A stretch of DNA of 64,000 nucleotides from an uncultured virus (IMG/VR IMGVR_UViG_3300037067_013436). Taxonomy: Duplodnaviria > Heunggongvirae > Uroviricota > Caudoviricetes. The position numbers and the translations under genes were made by a program. The stretch lies in the IMG/VR virus record IMGVR_UViG_3300037067_013436; one strand, written 5' to 3'. Positions 16,865-27,496 of this stretch are shown here, one piece after another. How positions within the stretch are numbered: the first letter of the stretch is position 1; each line of letters begins with the position of its first letter. The notes beneath the pieces are model-generated. The model did not search any database. It was not told the origin of the DNA and saw only the letters and a program-made list of their open reading frames with translations.

Positions 16865-19095
16865 GAACATTCACTATTACTGCGGACCCACGTTTGGTGG
16901 CTCGTCGCGTTAAGACCGCCATCCAGGGGGACGTTATAAAAGCCTTAGCCGAACTTATCACCAACTGCGATGATAGCTATCGGATTCTGGAAGGCGATAA
17001 CGTTCCCGTGAACGGTAATATCGATGTCGTCTACCACAAACAAGGGCGGTTTGCTTGTCGGTTCGCTGTGAGAGATAATGCTGCTGGTATGTCGTACGAT
17101 GAATTATCTCGTAGCTTTGAATTTTATGGCTCTTCGACCAGCGGTTTCAAGAGCGGCAAATCTGTGACAGGGTTCTTCGGTACCGGTGCCAAGAACGCAC
17201 TTGCAGCAATGATTGGTGGCCGTATGTGCACTTTTAAAGACGGCATCTTCACCGAATGCCGTATCTTTTTTAAGGATGATGTTCTATCTGGTGAGATTGA
17301 CGATGCGCGACCAGCAACAGCCGCGCTTCGATTAGAACACGGCATAGATGGAAACGGAACAATAGCCTATTTCATGGCTGATCCTGATAAGGGCTTGAAG
17401 GTGCCGCAGTTCGATACCGTCTTCTCGTCTCTTGCAAATAGCTGGCGGTTGCGTAAGATAATGTCTAATCGCAAGAGGCGTGTAACTCTCGTTAATGCTG
17501 GTGATAAGAATCGAAAGCGTCATTTGAGTTATGGTATATTAAGGGGTATTGAGGTAGCAAACTTACCTATCACAACCGCTGTTGACGGATATGGCGAATT
17601 CAATGCTCACGTGATTCTATATCGTGCTGGCGATGAACTTTCACAAAGTGGGGAGGAGCGGCAAGGTGGCCTGCTTATTGTCGACGACGCCCAATCTGTT
17701 CTGGATATTTCATTATTCAAGTACGACAACGAGCCATTGGCATCACATTTATTCGGCGAACTAGTCATTCACGGTTTCCGTGAATTGATGGAACGTGAAG
17801 AGCCCATTCTTAAAGAAGAACGCGATGGTATAAATCATAGCCATCCTGTGTGTGCTGCAATCATTGATGAAGTTGAGCAGCGCATTGGCCGTGCAGTCAG
17901 AGAAGAGGAACAACGTCGTCGGCAATCGCAGGTAAAGCCAGATTCTGCGGAAACCAAGCGTTATATGGCCGGAATAAACGTATTAAATGCGATTGCAGAG
18001 GCAGAGATCGAAGATATTGTCGATTTAGGGCAGAAATTGAATAGAAAGGACGAGACTAGACCAGAAAGTATGGACTTGTTGCCGTCATCAGCACATGTTT
18101 CTATCGGGAAGCAATGCGTACTTTATGTCTTCATCAATACAAAAGTCATCCCACCCGGAACACGTGTAGCCATAACGTGTACAAACAAACTACAAATTGT
18201 AGGCAAGGAGGCTTTCGTAGTTTCGAAACCAAGAAGTGACACAAAAGTAAAAAATCTTTCCATATGCCACGTGACAGTTAAGGCGTTTGAACTTGGTGAA
18301 GCCGTTTTGACCGTGGAATGCGGCGATTACTCTTCGAGCTCTACTATTTATATCGATCCAGAGAAAGAAGAAAAGGAGTTGTTATATAGTGAAGGTCTCA
18401 TCTTTCGACCGCAGCATCTATCAGTACGGCTGAACAAGGTGAGAGAATCATCTTTGCTTATTTATACTCCAGTAGTCACTGATGGCATCAAAGTACGTAT
18501 CAGAGTTGAAGGCGACGATAGCGAAAACGTCTTCGTATCGCCAGAAGAGATTGAGGTAATAGCAAGCGATGCCAAGAAGGACGTTATCGAGCACAAGGTT
18601 GAAGTCTGGGGCGACAGTATTGGTGCCAAAGCACTTATCGTTGCTGAGACGGAATTCGAGCAAGTTGCCTTACTTGAAGTTTGTGTTCGCGAATCTGTAG
18701 AGGATGAAAAGAATCGAGGGAAAGGGATGTTCAACAAACCTTCCTTCGACTTGTCTGAGCAGGACCCAAGCCAAAGGACGTCCTACAGCAAAGAGACTGG
18801 GCAAGTGATTATATATGGTAACTTTCCGTCTGTTCGGCATTATCTCGGTAAAGATTGCCGATTCAATAAAACGCTTGCCGGGCAGGTGTTGATTGCTGAT
18901 ATGGTTGCTGAACGATGTTTCTTTGAGATCGCAAGGGCCAAGGTTGATCGCGGCGTTGCACTGGGTAGTGGAGAACAGAGGGTTGAGAAGATTAGAGGTA
19001 TTGCTGAGATGTTATCTAAGAAATACGGCCACACAATTCACGCGCAGATGGTTGACAACGATCTGATCGATGCCGACCGTTCGCAAACCGATTAA
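16861..19095 (+). CDS. GHKL (Hsp90/MORC-like) ATPase with long C-terminal region
   Basis: ALAELITNCDDSY (ExxxN), VRDNAAGMS (DxxxGM) and GFFGTGAK motifs. Confidence 0.8.
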   Translation: MRTFTITADPRLVARRVKTAIQGDVIKALAELITNCDDSYRILEGDNVPVNGNIDVVYHKQGRFACRFAVRDNAAGMSYDELSRSFEFYGSSTSGFKSGKSVTGFFGTGAKNALAAMIGGRMCTFKDGIFTECRIFFKDDVLSGEIDDARPATAALRLEHGIDGNGTIAYFMADPDKGLKVPQFDTVFSSLANSWRLRKIMSNRKRRVTLVNAGDKNRKRHLSYGILRGIEVANLPITTAVDGYGEFNAHVILYRAGDELSQSGEERQGGLLIVDDAQSVLDISLFKYDNEPLASHLFGELVIHGFRELMEREEPILKEERDGINHSHPVCAAIIDEVEQRIGRAVREEEQRRRQSQVKPDSAETKRYMAGINVLNAIAEAEIEDIVDLGQKLNRKDETRPESMDLLPSSAHVSIGKQCVLYVFINTKVIPPGTRVAITCTNKLQIVGKEAFVVSKPRSDTKVKNLSICHVTVKAFELGEAVLTVECGDYSSSSTIYIDPEKEEKELLYSEGLIFRPQHLSVRLNKVRESSLLIYTPVVTDGIKVRIRVEGDDSENVFVSPEEIEVIASDAKKDVIEHKVEVWGDSIGAKALIVAETEFEQVALLEVCVRESVEDEKNRGKGMFNKPSFDLSEQDPSQRTSYSKETGQVIIYGNFPSVRHYLGKDCRFNKTLAGQVLIADMVAERCFFEIARAKVDRGVALGSGEQRVEKIRGIAEMLSKKYGHTIHAQMVDNDLIDADRSQTD

Positions 19096-19134
19096 TAGGT
19101 ATTTTAGTACTAACCATCACTACAGGAGAATGTC

Positions 19135-19737
19135 ATGAAGGGTTGTCTTTGGGCTGCGTTGGGCCTTGTGGGTGTTGTACTACTGGTCGTCGTCATCGCC
19201 GGATTGTCATGGTGGGGCTGCTATAGCACCCTCAACGTCGGGAACCATACGGCGGAAGAGAAACTCGCCAATGTCGGGTCCGCTCTCCAGCGACGGCTCG
19301 ATCTCATCCCCAACCTCGTCAGTGTTGTGAAGGGATATGCGAAGCACGAGCATGATACGTTCGCAGACGTTACTAATGCTCGTGCGAAAGTCGGACAAAT
19401 CAATATTAACGCGGCTTCCGCTGATCCTGCTCAGATGAAGAAGTTCGCAGAAGCCCAAGGCGATTTATCTTCGGCCTTATCTCGCTTGATGGTGGTGCAG
19501 GAGAAGTATCCGGAATTGAAGGCTAACGAGAACTTCAAAGATCTCCAATCACAGCTTGAAGGAACCGAGAATCGTATCAAGGAAGAGCGGGACCGCTATA
19601 ATAAAGCAGTCAAAGAACAGAATATCGCCATCGACGGTCTGTTCTCCGGTATAGTTGCCAATTGCCACGGCTTCAAGAAATGGGCTAGCTTCGAAGCGGT
19701 CGAAGCTGCGAAGACAGCACCGAAAGTGGAGTTCTAA
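19135..19737 (+). CDS. lemA: LemA family protein
   Basis: N-terminal TM helix; LQRRLDLIPNLVSVVKGYAKHE and YPELKANENFKDLQSQLEGTENRI. Confidence 0.95.
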   Translation: MKGCLWAALGLVGVVLLVVVIAGLSWWGCYSTLNVGNHTAEEKLANVGSALQRRLDLIPNLVSVVKGYAKHEHDTFADVTNARAKVGQININAASADPAQMKKFAEAQGDLSSALSRLMVVQEKYPELKANENFKDLQSQLEGTENRIKEERDRYNKAVKEQNIAIDGLFSGIVANCHGFKKWASFEAVEAAKTAPKVEF

Positions 19738-19742
19738 CGAAC

Positions 19743-20564
19743 ATGAAACGCAAACAGGGTTTTACGCTCGTTGAATTGCTTGTAGTCGTCGCCATCATCG
19801 GTATTCTCGTTGCGATGGTGATTCCGGCGATTCAGAAAGCGCGTGCCGCTGCATCTACACCGACGCTGCGCGGGCCGGTGAATGATGATGCCAAAATCCT
19901 CACAGCCACGCAAGTAGAGAATCTAAGCGACATTCTGTTGAAGTTCGAAAAGGCAACAACGAATCAAGTTGTTGTTCTCACGATACCGACTTTGAATGGT
20001 CGTGATATCAGCGAGTTTGCTGTCGAGACGGCAAAAAGTTGGAAACTTGGTCAAAAGGACAAGGACAACGGCGTATTGTTCGTCGTAGCCTTCAAAGAAC
20101 ACAAAACCTGGATCACTACAGGTCGCGGCATAGGCGATAAGCTTACTGATGTCGATTGCCGTCGTATTCTTGCTGACAAGGTGAAGCCAGCGTTCAAAGC
20201 TGGTGATTATGCCGCTGGTATCTATGCCGCGATTACCGCCATTGAAGTTAAGCTGTCCGGGAAAGCCGAAGCAGTCGACGCCAAGGCACTTGGAGCAGCA
20301 GGAGTTGCTGCGGCTGGAGCAGGGGCCGTAGCAGTCAGTTTTTGGCTTACTGGCTGGGGCATTGCTACGATCATACTTATAGTGATCGTCGTCTTAATTC
20401 TCGTCGCCATAATGGCGTCCAACAGCGGCAGCGGTGTTGGCGGCGGTATTTGTAGTGTGATCGGCGATATTGCTGATAGTGGAGGCAGTAGTAGCAGTGA
20501 TAGTAGCAGTTACTCTGGCGGCGGTGGCGATTTTGGTGGCGGTGGGGCTGGTGGTGATTGGTAA
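19743..20564 (+). CDS. TPM-domain (YgcG-like) membrane protein with prepilin-type N-terminus
   Basis: GFTLVELLVVVAIIGILVA; VNDDAKIL...WKLGQKDKDNGVL; TM helix; GGGGDFGGGGAGGDW tail. Confidence 0.88.
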   Translation: MKRKQGFTLVELLVVVAIIGILVAMVIPAIQKARAAASTPTLRGPVNDDAKILTATQVENLSDILLKFEKATTNQVVVLTIPTLNGRDISEFAVETAKSWKLGQKDKDNGVLFVVAFKEHKTWITTGRGIGDKLTDVDCRRILADKVKPAFKAGDYAAGIYAAITAIEVKLSGKAEAVDAKALGAAGVAAAGAGAVAVSFWLTGWGIATIILIVIVVLILVAIMASNSGSGVGGGICSVIGDIADSGGSSSSDSSSYSGGGGDFGGGGAGGDW

Positions 20565-20580
20565 TTCATAAGGAGGAGCC

Positions 20581-20961
20581 ATGGATCGAGCGCAAGTTTT
20601 ACAGGTGAAGCCTGGAAGTGATGCAGCCAGTTTGCATCTTGGAAAGTGGTACTGCACCGGCAAAGATTACGGCAGGACTCGCTACTTGCAACGTAATGGC
20701 GATTGGGGCGATGCCGCATTCTACTTCAATTCGGAGAGCGAAGTCAAGTCGACGCTGACCCGGAACCACCCAAGCGCGACGGTCAGCCACGAGGAGCCGC
20801 AAGAATCTTTTACGCCGAGTCGCCATGAATCGCATGATGATGACGATTCTTCGAATTCTTTCGGCTTAGGCTCAATCGGTGGCTTGCTCGACACTGGTGG
20901 AAGTTTATTTAGTGGCGGTGGTGGGGACTTCGGTGGAGGCGGTGCTGGCGGAGATTGGTAG
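20581..20961 (+). CDS. Hypothetical protein with the same Gly-rich tail as the TPM protein
   Basis: AGGAGG RBS; ends SGGGGDFGGGGAGGDW. Confidence 0.7.
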   Translation: MDRAQVLQVKPGSDAASLHLGKWYCTGKDYGRTRYLQRNGDWGDAAFYFNSESEVKSTLTRNHPSATVSHEEPQESFTPSRHESHDDDDSSNSFGLGSIGGLLDTGGSLFSGGGGDFGGGGAGGDW

Positions 20962-21013
20962 ATAGGAATAGGTGGTTGCAGGGAGATTGGTGACGTCGCC
21001 ATTTACCAAGACT

Positions 21014-21049
21014 ACAAGGCCGGATGAAGGGAACTTCATCCGGCCTTGT
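21014..21049 (+). terminator. 16-bp perfect hairpin, probable terminator
   Basis: ACAAGGCCGGATGAAG-ggaa-CTTCATCCGGCCTTGT. Confidence 0.6.
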
Positions 21050-21271
21050 TCATTTAGGATATCATATGTCTTGCAATATCCAAACCAAACACGCTTTCGA
21101 GGTTCGAGTACTATTGCCAGAAGGCGTCACGATTGGTCAAATGGAATCTTACATCCGCGAATCCGTGCAGTCTATGTGCGGGTGCCTATCGCCGGACGAT
21201 CCACTTTTCGATCTAAATAAGAAGAAGGTCAAAGTGGTTTATAAGGGGCAGGTTCCTAATGGAGCTATTTG

Positions 21272-21415
21272 ATGCATAAGCTTCTTCTGATGTTTTTAAT
21301 TCTTGTCGTTGGTTGTGGCAAACCAGATTTCGTGCATAAGCCGCCACAACAGGATAAGAAAGATAAGCAGAAGAAAGAAGAAAATCGAACATGGTATTGG
21401 TACTATTTCCTATAG
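21272..21415 (+). CDS. Small lipoprotein (47 aa; below the ORF-track cutoff)
   Basis: MHKLLLMFLILVVG-CGKPD...; GGAG RBS; TGATG coupling to the upstream ORF. Confidence 0.6.
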   Translation: MHKLLLMFLILVVGCGKPDFVHKPPQQDKKDKQKKEENRTWYWYYFL

Positions 21416-21422
21416 GTGAGTT

Positions 21423-21902
21423 ATGGATGACAAGTGTAGTGAAAGACGTCTGCATGTTATGATGGCTGACCTGCTAGCAGGTCAGCGCAAAAACCTCAAG
21501 CAAGACAAACAAATTATAGCGGAATTTCGTGCCAACGCTACGCCAACAAATGTCGTAGCTTTCAATGGTAGAGCGACTGGTAGATTCTGTTCGATTGTTG
21601 GTTGTCTCGTAGATGTGGTCCACTTTATCGATGACCACTTGGCTAGATATCGTGAAGATCTGGTAGCAAGAAAAGAATTACACAAGCTACAGGCTGAGCA
21701 CGAGGAGTTGAAGAAGGGTTATGCACTAGCAAAGAAAATCAATAAGAGGCAGGCGGAAGAGTTAACGAAGTTACAGGCGGTAGCGAAGAGCAGGAAGAGC
21801 AAGATCGAGAGAGATATTATGGTGATGCGTATTTTGAGCGACAGAGTGGGTGTCCTCAAAAAGAAAGAGAAAATCCGCAAATGGCAGAACCAATCGAAAT
21901 AG
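21423..21902 (+). CDS. Coiled-coil hypothetical protein
   Basis: K/E-rich helical C-terminal half. Confidence 0.55.
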   Translation: MDDKCSERRLHVMMADLLAGQRKNLKQDKQIIAEFRANATPTNVVAFNGRATGRFCSIVGCLVDVVHFIDDHLARYREDLVARKELHKLQAEHEELKKGYALAKKINKRQAEELTKLQAVAKSRKSKIERDIMVMRILSDRVGVLKKKEKIRKWQNQSK

Positions 21903-22193
21903 CCGATATCGCCGAACCGAAAGACCCAATGATGGATTGGGGTAACGATCAGCTATTTTTTACGCATAGCTGGTGGGATGAAACGAGTCAGTTCGATGAC
22001 CATCCAAACAAACGATGGTGTGGTGGTCTTGAATGCTATGAGCGTCAGTTCAAGGTGCGAGTGCCAATAGCTTTCAAGGATTGTGATAATGCGATAGAAT
22101 GGTTTACTATATGGATGCAAGATAATCATCCGGATGAGGAAGGTTTCTGGGTAGAATAGGGTTCCAGTAGAATATAGGTTTTAGGAGCCTTTA

Positions 22194-22796
22194 ATGTCAG
22201 AACAGAAGAAGATGCAAGATTTGGTTAACCTGATTAAGCAGGTTGCCGCCGATTACGACATGGGTGTCAAAGTCGAAGGTCCAGATACACTTCGATCATA
22301 TAAAATAAATATCGGCGACGGTAGTATGCAGATTTGGGTTACTTTCGATGATGAGCAGCCCGATAGCGACCAAATTATCAACTGCATTAGCTTCGCCCAG
22401 TATGATTTCGGACCTTCTGAAATTGATGACCTACTTGAATATCCCTGGGACGATTTCTTAGCCGATACCGAGGACCTAGGTGTTAAACCACCTGAGAAAG
22501 ATTATGGCGTAGGATTCCTCAACATCATCGCTTGGCATCTTGGTGCTTACGGCCAGAGAACAACCGACCTCGGAAACCGGTTTGACGCGGGCTGGTACAA
22601 AGTCAGAGGAACGATTCTGACGCCAGATGGTCTCGAAGCCCGAGTTGGCTATTGGGTTGAAGCAACGAGCTCGGAAGACGCCAAAAAGCAGTTTTTAGAC
22701 CGCAGTAACGATACCGGTAGAGATCTTAAGATAGAGCAATTCGCTCCTGAAAAGCCGGACTTCGGCCCTGGTGATGTGGCTGAAGAGCTACCATAA
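22194..22796 (+). CDS. Acidic hypothetical protein
   Basis: AGGAG RBS; 200 aa. Confidence 0.65.
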   Translation: MSEQKKMQDLVNLIKQVAADYDMGVKVEGPDTLRSYKINIGDGSMQIWVTFDDEQPDSDQIINCISFAQYDFGPSEIDDLLEYPWDDFLADTEDLGVKPPEKDYGVGFLNIIAWHLGAYGQRTTDLGNRFDAGWYKVRGTILTPDGLEARVGYWVEATSSEDAKKQFLDRSNDTGRDLKIEQFAPEKPDFGPGDVAEELP

Positions 22797-23001
22797 CGGT
22801 ATTTCATCGTTATGAAGCTTCAAGACGGCTGGTTCGAAGAGAATGAAGACGGTACTAGGGACTATATAGCTGTTCTTGAGAATGGCGAGGTATGGCGTCT
22901 CAAGAATACTTATCCTACCGCTATTCACTTCGATGGCCTTGAAATGCACGACAACGAAAGCGTAGAAATAATAGCTAACTATAGCAAGGTGGAGAGCGAG
23001 A

Positions 23002-23418
23002 ATGGATCGGCCCAAGGTTAGCGTTGTCACCATCATACGCAATAATAATGAAGTTTTGTTTGGACTCAGAAATGGCGATGGTGCTGCTGGCTGTGGCATG
23101 TGGGGTTTCACTGGCGGTCATCTTGAAGGCGGCGAATCATTCGAACAATGTGCTATTCGGGAAGTAGCTGAAGAGATAGGGATCAAGCTCAAACGAGTTA
23201 CGTATCTCACGGTTGAGAATGTCATTTTCGAAGCTGAACAGAAGCATTTTGTTACGATTTTTATGGTTGCCGATATGCCATCTGAGCAAGAAATAATCAA
23301 CATGGAACCCACGAAATGTGCAGAATGGCGATGGTTTTCTTGGGATAGCTTACCAAGCCCTATTATGCCTGGGATAACTCAACTCATCAAGCGAGGACAA
23401 AATCCTCTAAGTATTTGA
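23002..23418 (+). CDS. Nudix hydrolase (NUDT15/MutT-like)
   Basis: Nudix box GGHLEGGESFEQCAIREVAEEIG; EPTKCAEWRWF. Confidence 0.92.
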   Translation: MDRPKVSVVTIIRNNNEVLFGLRNGDGAAGCGMWGFTGGHLEGGESFEQCAIREVAEEIGIKLKRVTYLTVENVIFEAEQKHFVTIFMVADMPSEQEIINMEPTKCAEWRWFSWDSLPSPIMPGITQLIKRGQNPLSI

Positions 23419-23690
23419 TAGATATTAACCCCAAGGAGACATGTTATGTCGAAGCCAGTTCTAGGTGATCCGCAAGTTGATGTTGAGTGGTCTAAGTTCT
23501 TGCTCGAAGCCAAGGGATGGAGTGCGAAGCTCAAGAACATCTCTTTGAAGGATTGTCGCAAGGGCACAAAGATCTTGCAGCAATTGTCAACGGCCACGAA
23601 CGATGCTGCTATCGAGCGTCTGCAACAAAGTCAGGGTGGCCAAAAGGGAGACCGAATTAAGAAGGAATCAAAGATTTAGGTCTTCCTTAG

Positions 23691-24467
23691 ATGAAGTCGA
23701 TACTGTATCAGCTTGAGAAATATAATCCGGCATCGGATAACATAAAGGTTACGGTGCCGGAATCTTTACCTGAACATGGCTGCGAAGATGCGTTATGGGA
23801 GTTGGCTTGCAAAATCGTCAACCCACAACATTCTAATCGCGATCAAGTTTGGCGATTTGCTGTGCAGCGTGTTGCACATATGTTAGCAGATATGCCTTCT
23901 AGCCCATTTGCTAATATCTTATTCTCAAAAGAGATACTTGGTATTTATCATTGCTATTATAATCACCAGACGCAGGTTGCTAGTGAAGACTGCACAGATC
24001 AGTTTTTCATGTCGTTCTTGCGGCAAACTGACCCAAGAGAATACCAGAAGAAATTTGAAGAATCAGTCGATAGTACAGCAAAGCGACTTTCTATTATACG
24101 TGTTGCTTTGGCGACGTCAGAACAGCATAGTTTGAATATTTTCTGGAGTAATCCAAACTCGACAAACAGCTATGGCGAGACTTATACTCACAAGAAGCAA
24201 GATGAGCTACCGCTCGAATTCAGAGAATCTGCCTTCGAGTATTTAGGTATTAGCTCGATTTCTGCTGCTGCCGATCTGCAGGAGAGGCTGACGAAACATG
24301 CAACTCTAGACCAAATCATTTTAGGCCGAATGGGCTACATGATGTTCTGGAGTTGGAATAATCGCGGCGAGAGATCGAACATACCGCTTTTGTCTGCACC
24401 GCGTAAAGCACTATTACCACCACGAGTTATTTGTCTACCAGCGCCATGTCATTCAAGGAAAATCTGA
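23691..24467 (+). CDS. Hypothetical protein
   Basis: 258-aa ORF. Confidence 0.6.
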   Translation: MKSILYQLEKYNPASDNIKVTVPESLPEHGCEDALWELACKIVNPQHSNRDQVWRFAVQRVAHMLADMPSSPFANILFSKEILGIYHCYYNHQTQVASEDCTDQFFMSFLRQTDPREYQKKFEESVDSTAKRLSIIRVALATSEQHSLNIFWSNPNSTNSYGETYTHKKQDELPLEFRESAFEYLGISSISAAADLQERLTKHATLDQIILGRMGYMMFWSWNNRGERSNIPLLSAPRKALLPPRVICLPAPCHSRKI

Positions 24468-25105
24468 TGCTATCTAAATTATCCCATAAGTTTATGAAAC
24501 CACATAACAAATGCTTCTTTGGAGTCGGATTCAAGGAAGAAGACCTGAGTGGGACTGTAGAGGACATTCACTGCAAGGTCGACTATAATGCCATAAACAC
24601 TATTTATGGTAAGAATAGGATTAAGGTTCAAGAAAAGACGTGTACTTCTCCTTGGCTTGGCTATTTGACCGTTGTTTGCAACATACCAGATTTTCTTTAT
24701 TCCAAGGCAAAAATTCTGTCTTGCGGATATCTCAACGACGAGAAGACGGCGATGGATGCTGTGATGTACTGCGGAATGGATGAATATCGTGAATTCTGCA
24801 GAAGATGTCGTGATTCGTTTGTTATCAAGTCAGGCCCGAATAAGGGGCAAGTACGTGCATATAACGGCTTTATTCAAACGAAGAAAATGAGAACATCTCG
24901 TGGCGAAATAGCTGTTGATTTTATAGCTGTCGCATTAGCGTTCTTGTTAGATAGCGACTTAGGTAAGGAGCTTGGGGTAGTGCGAAGCTATGCCCTTAAT
25001 AGTGCAAGAGCTCAATGGGTCTTAGACAGACAACGCGATTATTACGACTTATATAAGCCGGACTGCCAAGATATGATAGTTAAATTCGGAGATCCAAATG
25101 GCTAA
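24467..25105 (+). CDS. Hypothetical protein
   Basis: TGATG coupling to the upstream gene. Confidence 0.6.
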   Translation: MLSKLSHKFMKPHNKCFFGVGFKEEDLSGTVEDIHCKVDYNAINTIYGKNRIKVQEKTCTSPWLGYLTVVCNIPDFLYSKAKILSCGYLNDEKTAMDAVMYCGMDEYREFCRRCRDSFVIKSGPNKGQVRAYNGFIQTKKMRTSRGEIAVDFIAVALAFLLDSDLGKELGVVRSYALNSARAQWVLDRQRDYYDLYKPDCQDMIVKFGDPNG

Positions 25106-25538
25106 GATGCTATTTATACAACTGCATGGCCCAGATGGTGAGACTGTCGACGGTGCCGCGTCGATTTATTCTGATGGTAAAGAATTGCCAGAAGGCCAGC
25201 TATCAGTACGTAGGTCGCATTCTGACTTTGATACTGTGATGGCGGTTTCAGAGATGCCGCAGCACTGGCAGGACGAGATCAAGAGATGGAACTTGTGGTC
25301 AGATAAGCACTTACCATGTAGTGAGACGATGGACTAATGGCTAAGAAAAAATTGCGAAAATTCGTATCTAATGACGCAATCGTCGAAATGCATAACGATA
25401 CAGCAGAACGCAAGCGAAGAGCTAACGAACATATAAGCCAGGTTACTTGTCCAGATTGTGGTGCTTGGTTGAACGTAACCAGTCAACATCCACTACCTGA
25501 CGACATCAAAATAGAGTTTGTCAAGCATCGAATCTAGA

Positions 25539-26432
25539 TTAGTTTACCCAAGTACTATTAGCTTTCAGCATTCGCTTTTTGAATTGTGGAAATTGTAGTA
25601 GCCTCTTGAGTTCTTCTCCTAGAAATCTCTGATACGGATCTAAATCTTTTGCCATCTGAAGCAATAATCTATCTGTCTTAGATGTTCGACGCGCTCGTGC
25701 TGGCTTTTTTGGCATCCACTGACCCCTCCAATATGTATAGCCTTCTTGACCTTTCCAATAGTCTGCTGCCTCTGATAGCATTGACAATTTCATATTAGTG
25801 CCCTACCGGTAAAATGTGCTCTTCATAACCGTCGCCCGACATTGGTTTTCCAGTTCCCCACCTATACGGCTTTGCTTCTGGTCCGACAGACTTGGCAGCG
25901 TTACACTTCTTCCCTTGATGTGTATCGGCCTGCCAAACCTTCGTCTTTGGCTGAGATGTTTGTTTGCGTTCTTTGGTTACGCCATCTTCTGATAATTTTT
26001 GTAGTTTCATTAATTATCCTCGTAGCTCATCTTCTTGTCTATGGCGTTGAACAGCCGCTTGATTGCTTTTCCATCGCCTCCGTATTTCTTTGTGGCTAGG
26101 TGTGCTAAAGCGTCGTTGTTATCGATGTTGTCGAAGTTTTTATCCCCCCACATGTGGGACCCTATTGATGAATTGTGGATGAAGTACTTTATCAAGTCAT
26201 CATCAACGGAAAATACGTAAGTATTCCCTATTACCGGCTTATGTATTCTTGGCTGTATTCCAAAAGGTAAGAGCCACGCTTCCACATACTTCTGCGTGTT
26301 CGGTGGCAGATCGCGTATGTTGACATCTGAAAACGCCCAACCATTTGCTTGTGCGATTTCATTATACTGATTTAGCTCGTCATCTACGCGGCTTGCTCTA
26401 CTCATTATTATATTCCTGTTTGATAGCTCCAA
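25539..26432 (-). CDS. Three small minus-strand ORFs (25539-25793, 25795-26010, 26010-26432); possible internal head proteins
   Basis: Coupled ORFs; N-termini MKLSMLSEA and MKLQKLSED. Confidence 0.55.
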
Positions 26433-26519
26433 CTATATATTTGGATAGCGTATTTGAATTAAACTTGGCATTTTTCGTGCTATAATTATCTGGGAAGAAT
26501 TACTTTTGGAGCGAAAAAC

Positions 26520-27056
26520 ATGGGTGGAATGGCTTGGGCTACTAGTGCGCAACCGTTTGTGGAACCTGTCGAGAAACTGACCGGTCAAGACAATGCACTT
26601 ACAGCAATTACGAAACTGGCAGGCGGTAATCCTGGTGCTCTTCGGGTTTGTACCGAGATAGTAAAATGGGGTACCGAGATCGACCCTAACGGGTTATCGT
26701 ATTTCGGAGCGTTGCTGAATCTTGACTCGTTGCATATCTACGGGTCTCGAATTTGGCTGTTATATAAGGATATCTGTCGCGAAAGTCTCGTTACGATGCT
26801 GGCATGCTTGCGAGGATGGCAGCTTGGGATCGTCAGCCAAAAAGACTTGATCAGGGCTATCGATAACGCTGAGAGTGGAAATCGAGCCCACAATCTCGAT
26901 CTTCTAGGAATCCTGGCTGCCGTGCGAGAGAAGCTTGGTAATTTTGGCAACATAACTGAATCGCAGCCATTCGTCGCACCTACGACGACATTGCCACCAG
27001 AGCAACCAAAGCCGTCTCCTGACCCCGAAATAAATCGTGTCATCAATCTTGATTAG
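26520..27056 (+). CDS. Phage hypothetical protein
   Basis: GGNPGAL...LDSLHIYGSRIWLLYKDIC; GTGCTATAAT motif at 26477. Confidence 0.65.
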   Translation: MGGMAWATSAQPFVEPVEKLTGQDNALTAITKLAGGNPGALRVCTEIVKWGTEIDPNGLSYFGALLNLDSLHIYGSRIWLLYKDICRESLVTMLACLRGWQLGIVSQKDLIRAIDNAESGNRAHNLDLLGILAAVREKLGNFGNITESQPFVAPTTTLPPEQPKPSPDPEINRVINLD

Positions 27057-27075
27057 CGGTCTACAAAGATAGGTG

Positions 27076-27222
27076 ATGAGTAAACCAAGACCGACCGTGG
27101 AACGCTGCCCGTGTTGTGGCCAGTGTGCTGGTTACTTACACAAACAATCACCGCGTAGGCAAGAATACAAATGTTGTAATTGCCTGCATGTTTGGACGTT
27201 TTGGAAGCGAAGAAAATGGTAG
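27076..27222 (+). CDS. Small zinc-ribbon protein (48 aa)
   Basis: MSKPRPTVERCPCCG...YKCCNCLHVW; AGGTG RBS. Confidence 0.55.
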   Translation: MSKPRPTVERCPCCGQCAGYLHKQSPRRQEYKCCNCLHVWTFWKRRKW

Positions 27223-27496
27223 TGATTAGCACGATTAGTAGCATTTTTTGCTTTCTTTGTGCTGGGATGTCGATTTGTATGAGTATCAAACTCATACACC
27301 GATCCAGAGAGTTGAAGAAAGTCACAAAGAGGTTGGAGAAGCTTGAGCATTACTACATGGGTATGGCTCAAGAGCTACAAAATATGACCGACGCTGTTAT
27401 GCTTGGTGACGGACCAGGGCTGGTGATATTCTATCAGAAGCTGACCGATCTGCATGAGCAGTTCATGTCGGTCGGAGTTGATGACTAGGAGATATC

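Noticed and set aside
21014..21049. Enterobacterial REP element (GCCGGATG...CATCCGGC)
   Set aside because: Single copy at the end of an operon; better explained as a terminator hairpin.
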